Below are positions 1 to 6,997 of a stretch of 10,503 nucleotides of DNA, piece by piece. The stretch comes from Candidatus Multivoradales bacterium (GTDB lineage Bacteria; Acidobacteriota; Thermoanaerobaculia; Multivoradales; JAHEKO01). Each line of letters begins with the position of its first letter. Position 1 is the first letter of the stretch. The position numbers and the translations under genes were made by a program. The stretch is taken from NCBI GenBank assembly GCA_965223155.1, contig CBDCVR010000009.1:1-10503 (forward strand), given 5' to 3'. The notes under the pieces are model-generated. The model saw only the letters and a list, made by a program, of their open reading frames with translations, did no database searches and had not been told where the DNA came from.

Positions 1-965
1 TCCATCGCCGTCCCCGGACGACTCGACTGGACCTACTCGACCGACACGATCGGCAACATCCTGGAGATCGCTGACACCGGAGGCGGCGGCGACCGAACCT
101 ACACCTACCAGGACGTCCACTACTTCCTGACTTCAGGCACCGGCCCCTGGGGCAGCCTGGCCTTCACCTACGACAAGATCGGAAACCGGCTGACAGAAAC
201 CCGTGACACGAACGCCGTTGCCTACGCCTACCCGCCATCACCCACCGGGGGGAACCTTCCGATCTTGGCCACCGTCGGTAAGGGCAAGCCCTCCGAAGAG
301 CGCTTCTTCTTCGACAACGCCGGCAACGAGACCTACCGCGCCACTCAGACCGCCAAGCACCGGCTGAGCTACGATGCCCTGGGACGGATGAGCCAGATCA
401 AGACCGACTCGGACGAGACCGCCGGGGCCCTCGTCACCCTCGCCTACGACGGCAGAAGCTTCCTCCGGGAGGCCACTCGAAGCCCCTTCCCCGGCCAGCC
501 CGCCACCGTCACCACCAACCCCACCTACAGCTCCGACGGGCGCCTCATGCACAAGGCGACGAGCGAGGTGCTGGGACCGGACGACCCGAGAGGCGAGGGG
601 AGTGCCACCAGCGACGCCTACGTCCTCTACTTCGCCGGCAGGCCGGCCGGCATCCTCGACAATGAGACCGTAATTCCACTCGGTGGACCGCCGACCAGCA
701 CCTCGACCCTCACCTACTTGACCACCGACCACCTCGGCACCCCCGTCCTCGCCACCGACGCCAGTGGAGCCAGTACCTGGGCCGGAGGCTTCGCACCCTT
801 CGGGGACGACTGGCAGGCACAGGCAGGTACCGGGGCGAGTGACGCCGGAGTCTTCCTGCGCTTCCCGGGCCAGTGGGACGATCCCGCCTGGGAAGCCTCA
901 GACTTCTACTACAACGTCCACAGGTGGTACGAGCCGGGGACGGGGAGGTATGGGAGGGTGGATCC
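1..965 (+). repeat. Rhs core 3' repeat, copy 1 (aligns to 4601-5596; distal part to 1732-2510)
   Basis: Direct comparison: 775-824 is identical to 5375-5424, and 748-780 is identical to 2262-2294. Confidence 0.92.
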
Positions 966-1458
966 GGCGGGACAAGATTCATACGCACGGTACAAGTTCT
1001 CCGGGCTTCCACCCAACCTTACATATGCGTATGCTGACCTGAACCCACTTCAGCATCTGGATCGTCTGGGCCTGAAGGTGGAGAAATGCGGCCGGCCAGC
1101 TGACCTTCCAGTAATTGGCGTTCTTGGTCTGAAGCACAACTGGTTGAAGACTGATACCCGTCAGGGCGGCATGGGACGAGCAGGGGGCGAGATCCCTGGA
1201 CACGGACGTTGCGATTGTCCATATGCTCAGACCGAAGTCGTCGATCACAGCAACGAAACAGGCCCGGAGGTCACTTGCTTCGAGATTAGAGACATCGACG
1301 AAGATTGCGTAAACCAAGCCATCGGAGCGGGGCAAAAGACTGGGCCTTGGATACCGGGCGCCAACGATTGCTGGACATTCGTCGACCAGGTAATCAACAA
1401 ATGTCGCACCGACAACTTCAATCGTGGCCGGCCCGGCTGGCGCGAAAGCCCACTCTAA
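1..1458 (+). CDS. rhs: Rhs/YD-repeat polymorphic toxin, 3' part (5'-partial, open from window edge); C-terminal tip 1075-1458
   Basis: Frame +1 is open from base 1 (SIAVPGRLDWTYSTDTIGNILEI...), so the track's TTG start at 265 is internal. It has YD-type repeats (YDKIGNRL, YDALGRMS) and Rhs-associated core motifs YLTTDHLGTP, LRFPGQW, YYNVHRWYEPGTGRYGRVDP and NPLQHLDRLGL (DPxGL variant), followed by a unique 127-aa tip. Confidence 0.93.
   Translation, partial: SIAVPGRLDWTYSTDTIGNILEIADTGGGGDRTYTYQDVHYFLTSGTGPWGSLAFTYDKIGNRLTETRDTNAVAYAYPPSPTGGNLPILATVGKGKPSEERFFFDNAGNETYRATQTAKHRLSYDALGRMSQIKTDSDETAGALVTLAYDGRSFLREATRSPFPGQPATVTTNPTYSSDGRLMHKATSEVLGPDDPRGEGSATSDAYVLYFAGRPAGILDNETVIPLGGPPTSTSTLTYLTTDHLGTPVLATDASGASTWAGGFAPFGDDWQAQAGTGASDAGVFLRFPGQWDDPAWEASDFYYNVHRWYEPGTGRYGRVDPAGQDSYARYKFSGLPPNLTYAYADLNPLQHLDRLGLKVEKCGRPADLPVIGVLGLKHNWLKTDTRQGGMGRAGGEIPGHGRCDCPYAQTEVVDHSNETGPEVTCFEIRDIDEDCVNQAIGAGQKTGPWIPGANDCWTFVDQVINKCRTDNFNRGRPGWRESPL
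936..958 (+). other. Potential G-quadruplex motif at the core/tip boundary (also 2481-2502 and 5566-5588)
   Basis: GGGG-AC-GGGG-AGGTAT-GGG-A-GGG fits G3+N1-7 x4. The motif is seen directly; folding and function are not shown. Confidence 0.5.
1075..1458 (+). other. Rhs C-terminal toxin domain CT1, putative permuted papain-like (His...N-x-C) thiol hydrolase
   Basis: An early His in LKHNWLKT (codon 1135) and a late NDCWTFV (Cys codon 1369) match the His-before-Cys order and NC..F-like motif of permuted NlpC/P60/PPPDE/LRAT-type domains. Confidence 0.6.
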
Positions 1459-1483
1459 GCGGGCAGCCAGATCGAACGCGGTA

Positions 1484-1717
1484 GTGACTGGGCGAATTGC
1501 ACTCTGGATCCTCGGGCTTGTGGGAACGTCGGGCTTTTTTTATAGCCTCTCCGGGGCGCTGCAGGCCGCATGGCTCAGTGCCACACCTGGCTATCCGATC
1601 GAAAGAGCTCGGTACAACTTCGCCGCGTGGAGTCTGGCTTGCTTGGTGTTTCTGGGCCTCATCCTATTCGTCGTCTTTCGCCTCTACAGGACTCGGAACC
1701 GAGAAAACAACACATAG
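1484..1717 (+). CDS. Putative immunity protein for CT1, ~77 aa, two predicted TM helices
   Basis: Lies directly after the rhs stop. GTG 1484 is the preferred start (the track extends it to 1424, overlapping the toxin). Hydrophobic segments IALWILGLVGTSGFFYSLSGAL and FAAWSLACLVFLGLILFVVF are followed by a basic tail. Composition is less GC-biased, like CT1. Confidence 0.7.
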   Translation: MTGRIALWILGLVGTSGFFYSLSGALQAAWLSATPGYPIERARYNFAAWSLACLVFLGLILFVVFRLYRTRNRENNT

Positions 1718-1731
1718 TCTCGCCATCGAGC

Positions 1732-2510
1732 CCTACGCCTACCCGGCCTCGCCTTCCGGAGGCAACGTTCCGAAACTCGCCTCGATCGCCGATCCGTCAG
1801 GAAACGCCTCCGAGCGCTTCTTCTTCGACGACGCCGGCAACGAAACCTACCGCGCCACCCAGACCGCCAAGCACCGCCTGAGCTACGATGCCCTGGGACG
1901 GATGAGCCAGATCAAGACCGACTCCGACGAGACCGCGGGGGCCCTCGTCACCCTCGCCTACGACGGCAGGAGCTTCTTGCGCCAAGCCGCCCGGAGCCCC
2001 TTTCCCGGCCAGCCCGCCACCGTCACCACCCGCCCCACCTACTCCTCCGACGGGCTTCTCATGCACAAGGAGACGACCGCGGTCTTGGGACCCGAGGATC
2101 CCCGAGGCGAGGGGACGGTGGCCTCCGACGCCTACGTCCTCTACTTCGCCGGCAGGCCGGTAGGCATCCTCGAGAACGAGACCCTGACGCCCCTGGGCGG
2201 CGGCACAACCTCGAGCTCCACGTTGACGTACTTGACCACCGACCACCTCGGCACCCCGGTGCTCGCCACCGACGCCAGTGGAGCCAGTACCTGGAGTGGA
2301 GGCTTTGAGCCCTTCGGGGACGACTGGCAGGCGCAGGCCGGTACCGGGGCGAGTGAGGCGGGGGTCTTTCTGAGGTTTCCCGGGCAATGGGACGATGCGG
2401 CCTGGGGCGGGGCGGGGGAGGGAGAAGCCCGCGCCTCAGACCCTGGCCTCTACTACAACGTCCACAGGTGGTATGAGTACGGGACGGGGAGGTATGGGAG
2501 GGTCGATCCG
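1732..2510 (+). repeat. Rhs core 3' repeat, copy 2
   Basis: 1860-1993 is identical to 4946-5079. Homology ends at GTCGATCCG (first DP motif). Confidence 0.92.
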
Positions 2511-2597
2511 GCCTTCGCCGCGACGGAGAGGGGCGTTCAACATCCGTTCTCCTACTCAGAAGGCAATTCAGTCTTGCGTGTTGACCCGCTCGGTCTC

Positions 2598-2987
2598 GCT
2601 TCGTTTCATGCGGGCGCCGGAGGCAGAGGGAATGTGGCTTTCCCAGGGGGCGGCGCTAGCTCGGGTGTAGCGTTCGACACGGCAGGCAACTTTTGCTTCT
2701 ACTTTCGCAAGTGCTTCATGTGGGGCTGGAATACGGTTGTCGGAGGCGCACTTGGGGGCTCGTTTGGCGGTGGCACTGGGTTTCTTTGTTCCGGGACTCA
2801 AATCAGCCACGGCCTTTACTTCTTCGCAGCTGGAGGGCCAGCTTTCCAGGGGCAAGTCCTTGTCGGCAAGGGCGGGGTCAGTGGTGGTAGGGGGTTCGGT
2901 GGGGTCGGAGCTGGGGCGGGTCTTGGTTACATGCGCTGCGAAACTAGATATGAGTGCTTCTTCGACGATCCGTGTCGGTGTGAATAG
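2598..2987 (+). other. Rhs C-terminal domain CT2, Gly-rich/Cys-rich, function unknown (possibly membrane-active)
   Basis: 129 aa after DPLGL, about 35 Gly and 7 Cys, with alternating G-x-G-x beta-strand patterns (GFGGVGAGAGLG). No recognisable nuclease or deaminase motif. Confidence 0.6.
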
Positions 2988-3187
2988 TGGGCCTGCGGCT
3001 AGACAAGACTCAAGGACGAGCCTTGGCGGGGTTCTTAGTCTCTCTTGCTGTTGGAGTATCTGGGGGCTTCGCGGCATTTTTCGGGCTGCTAGAGACCGGA
3101 CGACTCCTCGTGCAGATTGGCGTCATAGCAGCTGGCTGCTTTCTGATTGTGTTTGTCGCTCGAATGGTCAGTAACTACCTCAGTTAG
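2987..3187 (+). CDS. Putative immunity protein for CT2, 66 aa, two predicted TM helices
   Basis: GTG start overlaps the toxin stop (TAGTG, 2985-2989), indicating translational coupling. Hydrophobic stretches are ALAGFLVSLAVGVSGGFAAFFGLL and LLVQIGVIAAGCFLIVFVA. Confidence 0.72.
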   Translation: MGLRLDKTQGRALAGFLVSLAVGVSGGFAAFFGLLETGRLLVQIGVIAAGCFLIVFVARMVSNYLS

Positions 3188-3235
3188 CTTGCAGCGAGCA
3201 CATCTTGCATCGGCCCAACCTGTCACCGAATTCGG

Positions 3236-5911
3236 GAGACGATCGATCCGCCCGGCTTCGGCACCGACGACGTCACCGCCTTTACCTACGACCCCGCCCG
3301 GGGAGGCCAGATCCCACTCTCCCGCACCGACCCGATCGTCGGAAGCCTTCCGAACGGAGGCGCCACCACCTACGCCTACGACCCCTTCAACCGCAGGACC
3401 TCGGTCACCGACCCCAACGGCGTCGAGACCGTCACCGCCTACGACGCCGCCGACCGCGTGACCTTCGTCACCCAGAAGGGCGCAACCGCCGCCGAGGACC
3501 TCGTCACTGAGAACCGGTACAACGCCTTCGGGGACCTCGCCCTCACCATCCTGCCTCAAGGCAACGCCATCGAGTACGCCTACGACGACACCGGACGCTT
3601 GACCTCGATCGGACGCGGTCCCGCCCCCGGGACCCTCCTCGAGAGGACCCTCTACGAGCTCGACGCCGCCGGCAACCGCACCCGCGAGACGCTTCAATCC
3701 TTCGACGGCACGTCCTGGGTCACGACCTCCGAGACCGCCTACCTCTACGACTCCCGATGCCGGCTCGACCGGATCGTCCGCGCCCCCGGAACCCCCCAGG
3801 AATCCATCACCGAGTACCGCTACGACTGCAACGGCAACCTCGAGTCCCTCTGGGACGCCAACCACGACTCGGCCTCGGATCCTCCGACCCAGAGCTACAC
3901 CTACGACCGGCTCGACCGCCTGACCGCCATCGCCCAGCCCTGGGCCGGAGCGGGGGCCGGCTCTGCCACCACCACCTACGCCTACGACGTCCAGGACCAC
4001 CTCGTCGCCGTCACCGACGCCGAAGGCAACACCACCGACTACGTCTACTCCGACCGGGATCTCCTGACCCGTCAGGACTCTCCCGTCTCAGGGGTTGCCA
4101 CCTTCGCCTACAACGACCACGGCGAGCTCGTCTCCGAGACCGACGGCCGAGGCGTCACCACCACCCGGACCGTTGACGCTCTCGACCGCGTCACCTTCCT
4201 CGACTCCGACGAGAACGCACTCGATACCACCTACACCTACGACGACCCCGCCGTTGCCTTCTCGGCCGGACGCCTGACCGCTATCTCCCGCAACGGTCAC
4301 TCCATCGACTACCGATACGACCGCTTCGGACGCACCACCCAGGACGGCACCCTCGCCTACGCCTACGACGCGAACGGCAACCGCACCGGCGTCACCTACC
4401 CGGGCGGAGTCTCCGTCACGACCACCCACGACTACGCCGACCGGGAGGAGAGCCTCGCCGTCACGGATGGTGGCGGAGGGGGAGGGACCACCAGCCTCGT
4501 CTCCGCCGCCACCTACCTCCCGTCGGGCCCGCTCACCTCCCTCGTCCTCGGCAACGGTCTTACCGAGACCCGAGCCTTCGACCCCCGGTACTTCCCGGCC
4601 GGGATCTCCGTTCCCGGACGCCTCGACTGGACCTACGCGACCGACGCGCTCGGCAACATCCTAGAGATCGCAGATGCCGGTCCAGGCCCCGACCGCACCT
4701 ACACCTACCAGGACGTCCACTACTTCCTGACCTCGGGCACCGGGCCCTGGGGCTCTCTTGCCTTCACCTACGACAAGATCGGCAACCGGCTGTCTGAGAC
4801 CCGGGACGGCACTGCTGACTCCTACGCCTACCCGGCCTCCCCCTCGGGAGGCAACGTTCCCAAGCTCGCGACGATCGCTACGGGAAACACCGCCTCCGAG
4901 CGCTTCTTCTTCGACGACGCCGGCAACGAAACCTACCGCTCGACACAGACCGCCAAGCACCGCCTGAGCTACGATGCCCTGGGACGGATGAGCCAGATCA
5001 AGACCGACTCCGACGAGACCGCGGGGGCCCTCGTCACCCTCGCCTACGACGGCAGGAGCTTCTTGCGCCAAGCCGCCCGCAGCCCCTTTCCCGGCCAGCC
5101 CGCCACCGTCACCACCCGCCCCACCTACTCCTCCGACGGGCTCTTGATGCACAAGGAGACCTCCGAGGTCTTGGGGCCCGAAGATCCCCGAGGCGAGGGA
5201 TCGGCAACCAGCGACGCCTACGTCCTCTACTTCGCCGGCAGGCCGGTAGGCATCCTCGAGAACGAGACCGTGACCCCGCTCGGGGGGACGGCCACCAGCA
5301 CCTCCACCCTCACCTATCTCACCACCGACCACCTCGGCACCCCGGTGCTGGCCACCGATGCGAGTGGCGCCACCACCTGGGCCGGAGGCTTCGCACCCTT
5401 CGGGGACGACTGGCAGGCACAGGCCGGAACCGGAGCGAGTGACGCCGGCGTCTTCCTGCGCTTCCCGGGCCAGTGGGACGATCCCGCCTGGGGCGGGGCG
5501 GGAGCGGGGTCCGCTAGCGCCTCAGACCCTGGCCTCTACTACAACGTCCACAGGTGGTACGAGCCGGGGACGGGGAGGTATGGGAGGGTCGATCCGTTGG
5601 GGTTCCGACAGGGAACCGAACCGTTCCTGTACTCCCGCAACAATCCCGTCGTCTGGGCTGACCCGCTAGGCCTCGCGCCTTGCGAGTGCACGGATGCGTG
5701 CCCTAGCGGGGAGTGGACCTATGTCGGTGCGTCAGGCGGATTTGGATTTGGCGGAGGCCTAGCAGGCCAATGGGGCACCTTTCATTGCAACGGCAAACCT
5801 GAGGTCGACGTCCCTGTGAAGGCCGTGTGTGGCGTGCTCGGCTTCGCAGAAGACGGAAGATCAGCTGCTGCGTTCGATCAATTGGCGAGACAACAGTATG
5901 CGGCTCTTTGA
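3236..5911 (+). pseudogene. rhs: Orphan rhs module 3 (5'-truncated, ~2.4 kb YD core; C-terminal tip truncated at ~5844)
   Basis: Rhs-like sequence begins ~3236 (ETIDPPGFGTDDVTAFTYDP...YAYDPFNRRTSVTDPNG), upstream of and in frame with the track's GTG 3458, which falls mid-repeat. It has many YD repeats and the core end NNPVVWADPLGL (D codon 5660). The last ~21 codons are out-of-frame glycosyltransferase sequence. Confidence 0.85.
4601..5596 (+). repeat. Rhs core 3' repeat, copy 3
   Basis: Near-identical to copies 1 and 2 through ...GGGAGGGTCGATCCG. Confidence 0.92.
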
Positions 5912-6317
5912 CATCTCGACCCCCGCTGCTTCGGTCGAGGGCGGGTGGTTCGGCACGCTGACCGAAAGCAACTGCATCGCCCTTCACAAGCGACAGTACA
6001 CGGCAATGGGCGGCTACGATCCGCGGTTTGATGCGCCCGGGGGAGGCCTGGCGAACCTTGATTTCTTTGCCCGGATTTGCGAACGATTCCGTGACGAGCT
6101 GGTCGTCCTGCTCGGTGAGGGAACTTTCCACCAAGTCCACGGCGGTGCGGCGACCAGCGACGCCAGCTACCCTTCGCGCTGGATGGGCCAGTACGAGCGC
6201 ATCCGGGGCGCTCCCTACAAGCCGCCGCGGATCGACCCCTACTATTTCGGCCGCCTTCCGGCGCAAGCAAGGCGTTTCCTGGATCCGGGCTCTGTCCCGG
6301 GCACGAAAGGAACGTGA
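5844..6317 (+). pseudogene. C-terminal fragment of a family 2 (GT-A) glycosyltransferase
   Basis: ESNCIALHKRQYTAMGGYDPRFDAPGGGLANLDFFAR resembles the GT2 C-terminal GG(F/Y)DxRF...D...R region, followed by LLGEGTFHQVHGG. The N-terminal nucleotide-sugar-binding/DxD half is absent and the frame begins inside the rhs tip. Confidence 0.7.
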
Positions 6318-6472
6318 CGGATGGCCATCGCTGCCGGGCAGTCACGCTTGATCACCTTGGCCGTTGGTCCCACATCGACCGGATGTGCGAGCTCGAAGCC
6401 TAGGTTCCGATCGCGGACGAGCTCGAGAGCCAGGAAAACCGAAGTTTCTGCGGCGGCGCCGCGCCGCGGAGA

Positions 6473-6703
6473 CTAGCCCTTGGAGCGCCGCGGATCGTTG
6501 CCGTAGGTGTACTCGGTCTGGATCTTGCCGTCCTGCTTGTGGACGATGAGTTGGCCGAGGCCCGTCCGCTTGGCCAGCTGGCGGCCACGCTCGACGGCGT
6601 CAGCCTTTGTGTCGTGACGGCTCGAGGCGCGCTTGGCTCCGCGCTTCTTGACCTGCCAGGTGTCGCCGTCTTTGGTTACGTGGAAAACTTCTCGTTTGGC
6701 CAT
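6473..6703 (-). CDS. DUF2188-family small basic protein (76 aa)
   Basis: MAKREVFHVTKDGDTWQVKKRGAKRASSRHDTKADAVERGRQLAK...LIVHKQDGKIQTEYTYGNDP matches the family pattern (HV...W.VK..G..RAS....T...A...GR..A......L.IH..DG.I). Strong RBS AAGGAGAGGG just before ATG 6703, so the track's longer 6919 start is not needed. Confidence 0.88.
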   Translation of the reverse strand: MAKREVFHVTKDGDTWQVKKRGAKRASSRHDTKADAVERGRQLAKRTGLGQLIVHKQDGKIQTEYTYGNDPRRSKG

Positions 6704-6764
6704 AATCCCTCTCCTTGATGGCTGTTGCTGACGCCGTGGCGCGGCACGCCCCGGCGGCTGTAGC

Positions 6765-6793
6765 AGTATAGTCCGCGGCCGCCCCTTCTCGAA
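6765..6793 (-). promoter_or_regulatory. Possible promoter for the DUF2188 gene
   Basis: TATACT -10 on the minus strand (6770-6765), about 60 nt upstream of the ATG. The -35 at 17-nt spacing (TTCGAG) is poor. Confidence 0.35.
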
Positions 6794-6909
6794 GTCGTGT
6801 TGGGTTGCGCACCCGTGCCGGGCGCCGCGGCCCGCGTCGAAGCCGGGCACCGTCGCTCGCAGACAGGCCGGAGCCCGACCGCAGCCAAGCTCGGGTCGGG
6901 CCGCGGCCG

Positions 6910-6938
6910 TTGACACCAACCCGGTCGGACACTACGCT
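6910..6938 (+). promoter_or_regulatory. Sigma70-type promoter of the TonB-dependent receptor gene
   Basis: Perfect TTGACA (6910-6915), 17-nt spacer, TACGCT (6933-6938, TAnnnT), about 60 nt before the start. AGGA RBS at 6991-6994. Confidence 0.7.
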
Positions 6939-6997
6939 CTGCTTACTTTCTTGATTACAGGCCCCACCCAGAGTGCCGGGCCGGAAAGGCAGGAATC

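Larger units (their letters stand above)
1732..2987 (+). pseudogene. rhs: Orphan rhs module 2 (5'-truncated core plus intact C-terminal tip 2598-2987)
   Basis: Homology to the other cores starts abruptly at CCTACGCCTACCCGGCCTC (~1732) with no cognate start or RBS. The track's 1497 start lies inside the immunity gene. Core motifs TDHLGTP, RFPGQW, GRYGRVDP and DPLGL (2583-2597) are intact. Confidence 0.85.

Noticed and set aside
1497-1731. N-terminal extension of the 496-aa ORF
   Set aside because: Alternate frame of the immunity gene with no Rhs similarity and no RBS; real homology starts at ~1732.
2870-2920. G-rich tract within CT2 as another G4 signal
   Set aside because: Explained by a run of Gly codons; not repeated at an equivalent position in other cassettes.
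3089-5332. Minus-strand ORFs 3089-4000, 4088-4429, 4661-5332 (also 238-732 and 1797-2387)
   Set aside because: Val/Gly-rich antisense shadows of the rhs core; they recur only because the core is repeated.
6446-6472. Hairpin downstream of DUF2188 as its terminator
   Set aside because: Stem relies on G-U pairs that become mismatches on the minus strand, and there is no adjacent U-tract.
6704-6919. N-terminal extension of the DUF2188 ORF
   Set aside because: Strong RBS before ATG 6703, and the family domain starts there.
6939-6997. Cobalamin/TPP riboswitch or Fur box before the receptor
   Set aside because: Predicted leader is only ~55 nt and no consensus elements are seen.
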